DNA of 64,000 bases from an uncultured Poribacteria bacterium (GTDB lineage Bacteria > Poribacteria > WGA-4E > WGA-3G), in NCBI GenBank assembly GCA_951828385.1, contig OX639973.1, forward strand, positions 2,241,561-2,305,560. The letters run 5' to 3'. Shown here in pieces: positions 49,685-57,663 of the stretch; position 1 is the stretch's first letter, and every line of letters begins with the position of its first letter. The position numbers and the translations under genes are program-made. The notes under the pieces were generated by a model. That model saw only the letters and a list, made by a program, of their open reading frames with translations. It was not told where the DNA came from and searched no databases.

Positions 49685-50596
49685 TCAAAACGCTTCTGAC
49701 TTGACTTGGCCCCATGTCGTTGTTAAAGAGGTATCGGGACGAATTTCAAGTCCACCTTCAGGATTGCGATTAAGATCAACACCGGTTCCACCAATCACAG
49801 CAGCACCATTCATGCCGATGAGGGTCTTCCCATTCCCAGACGTATCTTCAAAGCGATCCGCGCCTTCCTTGTCATTGAAATCCCAGAGTGCTAACGTGTG
49901 TGCATCAGCAAAAAAACGAGGCGGTGGATTAAACGGATTGTCGCCCTGTTCGGCGCAGTCATACCGAGCGATATTTGAAAACCTTATCGCATCAATTTCG
50001 CCTTGAAAACTACTTACTTGGAATAACAACGCACCGTTAGGTGCCACAAACTTATCCTCACCATATCCGCCTACGACGAAATCTTGAACGCCTTCAGGTC
50101 TATTGATATGCAAAGACACCCTGTCCACAAGAGGAAGTCTCCGGCCTTGACTAATTCGATTGTTGGACGCATGACAAAGCATGCCATTCTTGAAAATGAT
50201 TGCTATATAGTTCCATTGATCTTTCTCGACTGCACTATCAGTTCCTGCAAGTCCGTCAGCTCTGTCTCCTGAAAGATATGCCTGACGATAACTGCAAAGT
50301 TGATTTTTTTCGAGTAGACACTGATCTCTTGCCTTTAATCCGATGGAAACTTGCTGAGTGAGAATAAGGTCTTTATCTTTTTGCTTCGGTTCATCTTTCG
50401 GATAGAACCATACTTCAACAGTAAACGCGTGGGTGCCTTCCGGGAAAATATGCCCATGTTCCGCAAAAGGGAGTATTGCATAGTCATCTTCACCATCCAA
50501 CGACAAAACACCACCGGACGGCTCGAAAGAAAGAACAGGTACAACTAAGCTGAACAATAACACCGTACTGAGTAAGCACTTAAAATTAATAAACAT
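49685..50596 (-). CDS. Secreted LamG/concanavalin-A-like lectin-fold protein with a C-terminal ...TTTWGQVK tail
   Basis: Signal peptide. LamG_3-like hallmarks (SLDGEDDYAILP...FTVEVWFYP...WNYIAIIFKNG). SD GAAGGAGAG. Confidence 0.65.
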   Translation of the reverse strand: MFINFKCLLSTVLLFSLVVPVLSFEPSGGVLSLDGEDDYAILPFAEHGHIFPEGTHAFTVEVWFYPKDEPKQKDKDLILTQQVSIGLKARDQCLLEKNQLCSYRQAYLSGDRADGLAGTDSAVEKDQWNYIAIIFKNGMLCHASNNRISQGRRLPLVDRVSLHINRPEGVQDFVVGGYGEDKFVAPNGALLFQVSSFQGEIDAIRFSNIARYDCAEQGDNPFNPPPRFFADAHTLALWDFNDKEGADRFEDTSGNGKTLIGMNGAAVIGGTGVDLNRNPEGGLEIRPDTSLTTTWGQVKSEAF

Positions 50597-50657
50597 CAGA
50601 AACTCTCCTTCAACGGTTATTTATAGTAAAGTTTAGAATTAATTGGGCACTCTCAAA

Positions 50658-50690
50658 CAGTCTGAATACCTATAACAGGCATTCAGACTG
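50658..50690 (-). terminator. Hairpin terminator candidate downstream of the PD40a gene
   Basis: cagtctgaata-cctataacagg-cattcagactg has a 10-11 bp stem. On the minus strand it is followed by a T-rich tract (TTTG). Confidence 0.35.
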
Positions 50691-50697
50691 GCACAAA

Positions 50698-51121
50698 CTA
50701 AAAGTTTGTGGTACGAATGTGTCTATTTATTTTAGGATTCACTATAACATATTTTTTCAGTTGTCCCCACGTCACTGCCAGTTTACCTTGGGGTTGAACC
50801 GATAAATTGCCGTGGTTCGGCACCTCTTCGCCCACAAAAAGAGAGTGTTCTGAACTAAAGGCAATCCATTGGCTGTCCGGAGACCAAGCCGGTCTTTTGC
50901 AGCCCCCTCGGTTCGTCAGCCGCTTCACATTTCCGCCATCTGCGTCTATTCTGTAGATGTCCATCTCCCCGTTGCGTTCGGCGATGAATGCGATCCACTT
51001 CCCATTCGGAGACCAAGCGGGCCATATATCTCTACTCTCGTGGAACGTCAACTGACGTTCTACATTTGTTCTCACGTCCCTCACATAAAAATAGAATTGT
51101 TACAATGATTAGAAATTTCAT
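50698..51121 (-). CDS. Exported PD40/TolB-like repeat protein (paralog a), frameshifted at a T5 run between the lipoprotein-type signal peptide and the PD40 domain. C-terminal ...VTWGQLKK tail.
   Basis: The ORF-track part 50698-51084 starts at GTG. Upstream in another frame, SD GGAGG + ATG 51119-51121 encodes MKFLIIVTILFLCEG... (lipobox-like). Deleting one T of tatttttat restores a continuous ORF. PD40 motifs WPAWSPNGKWIAF and PAWSPDSQWIAF. Confidence 0.6.
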
Positions 51122-51300
51122 TAGTTTCGTCACCTCCGCTCTACACAAACATTCGTATGATATAGTAGATTCTGTAATTACTTATACACTCGTATGGTAG
51201 CGCGAACCGTGAAGTTGCGTCCTATACTGCCACAGGGGACCAACGGTTTCCTATGCTACAAAAGTGTAAATTTATTTTCGGATTTTACTATAAATCACAT

Positions 51301-53184
51301 CTAAAACGCATTTGCGACCATCACAAGGTCCAAAATGTTCACAACACCATCAAAGTTCAAATCAAATTTCAAATCGGAATCTGTTGAACTACCAAAAGCG
51401 TTCGCAACGATCACAAGGTCCAAAATGTTCACAACACCATCAAAGTTCAAATCTTCACGAGGCGTATTCACCATTTGTTCTAATTCTTCCCAAAACTCAA
51501 CATTTGAAGAGGTGCGATGCAGTATGGAAATCGCTTGTTGTATTTCCAGATGATGCTCAAAATAATACCGGATTGTCGGAAGCACCGGTACCTGTTTATA
51601 CGTCTTAATATGTGCATTCAATATTTCCAGTTCTTGTGCTTTATATCTGTCCCCCAAATAGGCAAAAGTACCGCTATAAGCAAGGGACCACTGCGAAAAT
51701 AAGAAATCCGTAATCGGGTGCGGATCTCCGTAATCCAAATTGTCCGCGGTCCCATAAAAAGCGACATACGGAGCTGTCACCGCGTGAATATATTCGCCAG
51801 AAAAAACAATATCTGGCATCGCTTCAATAAGTTCTTCATGTAAAAGCATGTTCCCTTGAATAGGTGTCAATCCATCAATTGTAGCGTGATTTCTGATAAG
51901 CCCGTTAGCGTCAAGATGGATGGCATCAATGTTATATGTCTCTTGCACGTTTTTCAATAATTGCACGAAATATTCTCTATAACTTGAAGCTGCAGGATTT
52001 ATATAGGCGGGGCCTCCCAGTTCTAATTCCCATCCCTGTATGTTTCCATCGCTATCTCGATAGAAATAGGGTTCCCACTCAGCGTAACGCGGGTGGTCTT
52101 GAGCAACAAACGGAAAACCTGCATAGACCATTACCCTAAACCCGCGAGCCTTTGCCTCAGATACAAACGCCCCGAAGTGTTCCTGTCTCCAACCGCCGCG
52201 ACAGTAAATTAACACATTTTGCGGGTTGATCTGTTGTGGTAAAAAATCTAACATTCTAATGTAGTTACGAGTCAGTGAACAGTACATAACAACGAGTTGA
52301 ATATCTTTAACCCACGCCGGCTTATGAGCGAGACGCGATGCATTTCGCTCCATCATCCCTTGACGATACCTTTCCGCAGGCACCTGCCAATCACCCCTAT
52401 ATGTATTAAATCTCCAAATTGCGGAGGTAATATGTTGACGATTTTCAAAAGGAAGAAAATTGTGCGTGTTAAAAGCAATAGCGAAGAGATTTGGCTTTTT
52501 TCTCTCTGGCCACTGACCGAGTGCTTTAAATTGATCTGTTTCATCCTCACTCATCACAAAACATCCGCCCAATGTTCCTTGCACGACGGCAAGAGGGGCT
52601 TCCCATAGACCCGGATACGTCCAATACAAATCCATCGTGTGTTGTCCATTCATTATGTTTCCGCTGCGCCCTGGCACAATCGGAGATACCTGATCATAAT
52701 CTAAATTTCCGATTCCCCATCCGATAGTGGAAATTCCTGTTTGATCAGAAAAACCTTCCTGTCTAATTATTAAATCTCCAGTGAGCACCTCAATAATCAC
52801 CCACATAATAAGTGTGCTCTGATGCCACCGAGCCGTCAGTTTCGCCGCTAAGGGTGAAATCTTTTCAACTTCCAAGGCATCAGCACCACCTATTTCCCAC
52901 TCAGGTTCCAAGTAATCTTCGCCGTCTATTTCTGACTCATGGAACCGGGGCCCACGCATCCCTGAAAGTCTTGCATCTGGTCTTCCTGAAAGTGTATACG
53001 TTTCTTGAGTGAGTTTGTTATGCACATGTATGACGTTACCATTTTTAAACCGCACCTGATAGCGATCCGTCTCAGCGAAAACTTCACCATCTTCACTGAT
53101 CGTCAAAGTGTTTGACAACGCAGCGGGTACTAAAACAAACTGCAATATCAGCATATAAACACATTTTGTCCAAACATTTTTCAT
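51301..53184 (-). CDS. Secreted putative glycoside-hydrolase-like (TIM-barrel-type, family unassigned) protein with two C-terminal dockerin repeats
   Basis: Signal peptide MKNVWTKCVYMLILQFVLVPAALS. Catalytic-looking central region. C-terminal DLNFDGVVNILDLVIVANAF x2 (dockerin type-I-like). Confidence 0.65.
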   Translation of the reverse strand: MKNVWTKCVYMLILQFVLVPAALSNTLTISEDGEVFAETDRYQVRFKNGNVIHVHNKLTQETYTLSGRPDARLSGMRGPRFHESEIDGEDYLEPEWEIGGADALEVEKISPLAAKLTARWHQSTLIMWVIIEVLTGDLIIRQEGFSDQTGISTIGWGIGNLDYDQVSPIVPGRSGNIMNGQHTMDLYWTYPGLWEAPLAVVQGTLGGCFVMSEDETDQFKALGQWPERKKPNLFAIAFNTHNFLPFENRQHITSAIWRFNTYRGDWQVPAERYRQGMMERNASRLAHKPAWVKDIQLVVMYCSLTRNYIRMLDFLPQQINPQNVLIYCRGGWRQEHFGAFVSEAKARGFRVMVYAGFPFVAQDHPRYAEWEPYFYRDSDGNIQGWELELGGPAYINPAASSYREYFVQLLKNVQETYNIDAIHLDANGLIRNHATIDGLTPIQGNMLLHEELIEAMPDIVFSGEYIHAVTAPYVAFYGTADNLDYGDPHPITDFLFSQWSLAYSGTFAYLGDRYKAQELEILNAHIKTYKQVPVLPTIRYYFEHHLEIQQAISILHRTSSNVEFWEELEQMVNTPREDLNFDGVVNILDLVIVANAFGSSTDSDLKFDLNFDGVVNILDLVMVANAF

Positions 53185-53218
53185 AAATGCATCTCTTTCT
53201 TGTGTTATTTCTCTTTCT

Positions 53219-55248
53219 CTATTCAAACGCATTCGCTACAATCACCAAGTCCTGTATATTGACAACGCCATCACCATTTATATCCGGTGCCGTTTCCCCA
53301 AACGCATTTGCGACGATGACCAAATCCTGGATATTCACGACACCATCACCATTAACATCCGCAGTGGGAGGCGTTTCCGACTTCAAATAGATTTCGCCAT
53401 CCAAATCTGCCAACGTATGCTGGCGTTGATTCTCTACACCGCTTGCCCAGCCGGAGACCTCCTGCGGAAGTTCTATCTCCTGTTCCTTACCAGAGCGATT
53501 ATACACCGCCCAACCATTGGTGAATTCCCGGATAAACAACCCCTCTCGGTTCTCATAAAGCTGCGCTTTCGTTTCATTGCCACCCACCGGACGACCGAGG
53601 TCGGCGTTCCAGAAATCGTACCAGTAAAACTCATCATAATGGAACGTATAAACCGATGCATTGGAATGCGTGAGTGCCATTGTCGTGAAAAACCTGTTGC
53701 GTTGCTTTGCTTCGGGACCGTCGATCGGTTTGAAAGGTGACAACTCACCTTCTAAAAGATTTAATGTTGGTTTCCTCAGCTTCGTTCATTCCACAAAAGC
53801 GCATCTTCTATGTCACGGATCCCAGACAAGGTATAGCCCTCAGGTTCACCCGGGTGAAAGTCATAAAGATCACGTCCTGTTTCCATGTAGATACCGTTGA
53901 CATAGGGTGCCCAACGGCGCTGCAGTTTACGGCGGTTGTTGTTAACGAGTATAAAAAAGTCATCGGGGACAACTTCGCGAATGCGTCGGAGGATTGTGTC
54001 CATCGCAATAGATTCTTCTTCTGCGGTATAGATTCCCTGTAGCCTCTTTTTTCCTTCGCCCCAATGGTCAAAAAAGATACCATCATAGAGTCCACACTCG
54101 CTAATCGCTTTTGCCTGTTGCACAATTTGTTCTATGACAGCAGGTTTCGTGAAGTCAATAAGATGATCTATTAGTTCTTCCATGGCATGCCTGCGCCAAA
54201 CTGATGTTAGACGGTTTCCTTCTTTATCGCGTAGCCAACCGTCCCAATCTTCGCCATAAAAATCGGGGTGCCCGCTCTCAAAATACAGCCCTACAAGCAA
54301 AATCATATTAGGATTTCGGCGAAGGACTTCGGTGTGTGTTTCTATCATTTTATCCATCTGTCCTGTCCGTAAGGTTGCGTTTATACCCTCAGGAGACAGC
54401 CATATTGTTCTCACATCATTTCCGAGTGGGCCAAAAGGGTGCACTCCAAAAATAAAGTCAAACACCGTGAAAATTTCTATAGTGTGTTGATCGTGCTCCG
54501 CAAGCGTGTGGGATTTTACCCAATTAGAAGGAAAGTTTCTGTTTTGAATGCGTTCTGCCAAAGGGAGTTTGTACGAAAAATCGTCAAATAAAGATAAACA
54601 CCATCTCTCAAATGAGTTTTTTATTGCTCCTGCGAAATGCTTGATCTGGGAAAAATCCTCAATAGGGTTGTCTATTATTTCCAAAACTTTGAGTTTGGTT
54701 AGACCGGTTATTGCGGATAGGTCTGAAACCTGATTCTCGCGCAATAGCAATACTTCTAAATTTATCAGTCCCGCCAGGGGTGTTAGGTCTGAAATCTGAT
54801 TCTCGCTCAATTGCAATTCTTTTAAATTTATCAGTCCAGTGAGGGGTGTTAGGTCTGAAATCTGGGTGTCATAAAATTCGAGCGTGTGTAGTTTGACCAG
54901 TCCAGCGAGGGGCGTTAGGTCTGAAATGTTACATCGATTGATACTTAGAAACTTCAAATTAACGGCGTGTTGGAGACCTTCAAGGTTCTCAATTTCATCA
55001 CGTTCGCTTATAAGCGTGTGTAATCGTTGCATGTCCGCGATTGTTAGGCTTTCCACGTCCAACGCTTCTGATACAATTCTCCGTAGGTGTGGATCCGGCA
55101 TCCAGTCTTGGACATCTTCTGCATGGACGGAAGCATTATAGACAAGTATGCCCACAATCGACGCGAGGAACAACTGAAACCAAAATGATTTACGATATAT
55201 TTCTTTCATTGTCATAAGATAATCTATAATCTCCTTTTCAAAACGCAT
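53219..55248 (-). pseudogene. Disrupted paralog of the LRR-hydrolase-dockerin gene (two ORF fragments, 53776-55248 and 53219-53743, separated by a frameshift)
   Basis: Fragment 1 ends ...ALLWNERS*. The -1 frame then continues as KLRKPTLNLLEGELSPFKPIDG..., colinear with ...TLLWSEKNFREPQINALEGWGLESEPLDSP... of the intact paralog 55238-57268. A single nucleotide near 53787-53790 restores the frame. Confidence 0.65.
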
Positions 55249-57229
55249 TCGCTACAATCACTAAATCCTGTATATTCACAACGCCATCACCATTCAGATC
55301 AGGTGCCGCTTCCCCAAACGCATTCGCCACAATAACTAAATCCAGTACATTCACCGTGCCATCACCATTGACATCCGCAGTAGGAGGCGTTTCCGACTTC
55401 AAATAGATTTCGCCATCCAAATCTGCCAACGTATGCCGGCGTTGATGCTCCACACCGCTCGACCAGCCAGAGACCGTTTCCGCAAATTCAATCTGTTGTT
55501 CGGAGCCGGACCGATTATACACTGCCCAGCCGTTAGTAAACTCCCGGATAAACAACCCCTCGCGATCCTCATAAAACTGCCCTTTAGTTTCATCACCACC
55601 CACCGGCCGACCGAGGGGTGCCTCGTAGAAGCGGTACCAGTAATGTTGATGTTGGTGGTCATGGGATGTTCCGATGGCGTGTTCTTCTGAATGTCCTGCA
55701 TAGAGTTCATAAGCGTGCGTGTGTACGGGACCGTTAATCCCTGTTACATACTGGACGTAACCGTCGGAATGCGTCAAATTCAGCGTTGTGAAAACACGCA
55801 TCCACTGCCGGTTTTTAGGACTGTCAAGCGGTTCGCTCTCAAGTCCCCATCCCTCAAGGGCATTTATTTGTGGTTCTCGGAAGTTCTTCTCTGACCAGAG
55901 TAACGTGTTTTCAATTTCGCGCAGTCCTGCGTATGTGTAACCACTTTTGTAATCCCGTACGGTTTCCATAAATGTTCCATTCACATAGGAAGCCCATCTT
56001 GGAATTTTACCTCGATTCGTATTTACCATTATCAGAAAGTTATCACCCACTGCCTTGCGAATTCCCTTGAGAATTCTGTCTCGTGCAGTGTGTTCTTCCT
56101 CTAAAGTCTTGGAAGCTTCGAGTCTTGGCTGTTCATTCCAGTGATCGAGAAATATACCGTCATATAACCCGCATTTTGAAACTTCAATTGCCTGTTGGAC
56201 GAACATATCTTGGATTTCAGGATGTGTATAATCAATGAGATATACACCGTTATTCCCGTCCTCCACCCTCTTACCTGATGTGTCTCGCAACCAGTACTCC
56301 CAATCTTCAGGATACTCATTTGGATGTCCATAGTAGTAACGGATGACAGCAAGAAATATCATATTGGGGTTTTGAGAAAGCAGCGCGTTTCTTGTTGACT
56401 TTGCGCGTTCTATATCTCCAATTAGTTTCCAACCGTTGGACGTAGATTCCCATTGAGTACCAAAGTAATCCGGGTAAGAAAAATATAGATGGTGGTATGT
56501 GAGTAGTTCGCTCCATGTTCCTGGCAAGTTGATAATGTTATGCCATGCTGCAAATACCCGCGGTGTGTTTATGTTCTTCAACCTAACTTCGACAGAATCT
56601 CGAGGTAAAGCACATATATTGTGGGATGTGAGATTCAATGCAATCAATTCTGTAACATCTGCGCTGTTTCCATAAGTCTGCACATTTTGAAGTCTTGGGA
56701 GTTTCAAAATCGGTGTAAAATCTTCTATCTGATTTTCTTGCAACTTCAATTCTTCCAGGTTTATTAACCCTGCGAGCGGGGCAATATCCGAGATGTGATT
56801 CTTAGACAACTTTAAGACCCGTAAGTTCTCAAGCCCCACAAGCGGTGTCAAATCCGACACTTCACTTTTAACAATAGCCAAGAATTCTAAGTTCTCAAGC
56901 CCCGCAAGTGGTGCTAAATCTGAGACTTCACTTCTGTCGATAACCAAGACTCTAAGATTCACGGCATACTCAAGTCCTCTTAAACTCCTAATCTCGTGTT
57001 CTATTTCTATTAAGATAAGATTATGTAATCCTGTCATGTCTCCAGGATGTATAGGTATCTCATCAGGGATGCCGAGTTCTTCACGGACAGCCTGCCGAAG
57101 GTTTGGATCGGGCATCCAATCCTCGGCATCTTCTGCATAGGTAAAAGCATTATAGACAAGTATGCTCACAACAGACGCGAGGAGCAACTGAAACCACAAG
57201 GATTTACGATATATTTTTTTCATTGGCAT
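55238..57229 (-). CDS. Secreted protein with N-terminal leucine-rich repeats (internalin-like), a central hydrolase-like domain and two C-terminal dockerin repeats
   Basis: Signal/TM segment KSLWFQLLLASVVSILVYNAFTYA. LRRs (VSDLAPLAGLENLEFLAIVKSEVSDLTPLVGLENLRVLKLSKNHISDIAPLAGLINLEEL). Motif GLYDGIFLDHWNE. Dockerins DVNGDGTVNVLDLVIVANAF and DLNGDGVVNIQDLVIVANAF. Start codon uncertain (M14 or M16). Confidence 0.7.
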   Translation of the reverse strand: MPMKKIYRKSLWFQLLLASVVSILVYNAFTYAEDAEDWMPDPNLRQAVREELGIPDEIPIHPGDMTGLHNLILIEIEHEIRSLRGLEYAVNLRVLVIDRSEVSDLAPLAGLENLEFLAIVKSEVSDLTPLVGLENLRVLKLSKNHISDIAPLAGLINLEELKLQENQIEDFTPILKLPRLQNVQTYGNSADVTELIALNLTSHNICALPRDSVEVRLKNINTPRVFAAWHNIINLPGTWSELLTYHHLYFSYPDYFGTQWESTSNGWKLIGDIERAKSTRNALLSQNPNMIFLAVIRYYYGHPNEYPEDWEYWLRDTSGKRVEDGNNGVYLIDYTHPEIQDMFVQQAIEVSKCGLYDGIFLDHWNEQPRLEASKTLEEEHTARDRILKGIRKAVGDNFLIMVNTNRGKIPRWASYVNGTFMETVRDYKSGYTYAGLREIENTLLWSEKNFREPQINALEGWGLESEPLDSPKNRQWMRVFTTLNLTHSDGYVQYVTGINGPVHTHAYELYAGHSEEHAIGTSHDHQHQHYWYRFYEAPLGRPVGGDETKGQFYEDREGLFIREFTNGWAVYNRSGSEQQIEFAETVSGWSSGVEHQRRHTLADLDGEIYLKSETPPTADVNGDGTVNVLDLVIVANAFGEAAPDLNGDGVVNIQDLVIVANAF

Positions 57230-57379
57230 AGGTATAACTAAAGTTTGGACAATCGATTTGTGTATCAAGTAGCGTTTTCAAGGGGCTTGGTATTTTTCTG
57301 TGAGTTCTGTACCCAGGCAAACGCGGAAAAAACTATAACAGGTTAGTTACACAAGAGACACAGCCTAACAGGAGACCAT

Positions 57380-57574
57380 GCTACACAAGAGACACAAACT
57401 GGAAGTTTATGCTACACAAGAGACACAAACTGGAAGTTTATGCTACACAAGAGACACAAACTGAAAGTTTATGCTACACAAGAGACACAAACTGGAAGTT
57501 TATGCTACACAAGACACAACTGGAAGTTTATGCTACACAAGAGACACAAACTGAAAGTTTATGCTACACAAGAG
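57380..57574. repeat. Intergenic 31-bp tandem direct repeat, about 6.3 copies (gctacacaagagacacaaactggaagtttat)
   Basis: Units at 57380, 57411, 57442 (G>A variant), 57473, 57504 (28-bp short copy), 57532, and a partial seventh. Degenerate partial copies lie at 57341-57379. No unique spacers. Confidence 0.9.
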
Positions 57575-57663
57575 GGTATTCAAGTGGAAACCTGTGTCTA
57601 TTTTAAAATTGTCCAAACTTTAGTAGGTATAAGATATAATCTCCATTTCAAATTTTGTTCCCT

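Noticed and set aside
50698-51084. PD40a as a mere N-terminally truncated gene fragment
   Set aside because: An SD-equipped lipoprotein-type signal peptide ORF (ATG 51119-51121) lies just upstream in another frame. It is joined by a single-T change in a T5 run. The gene is more likely intact but mis-sequenced, or very recently frameshifted, than a remnant fragment.
57380-57574. Possible CRISPR array (regular ~31-bp direct repeats)
   Set aside because: The repeats are contiguous with no unique spacers between them, and no cas genes are nearby. It is a plain tandem minisatellite. The ORF-track entries 57409-57606 and 57440-57709 are translation artefacts of the repeat.
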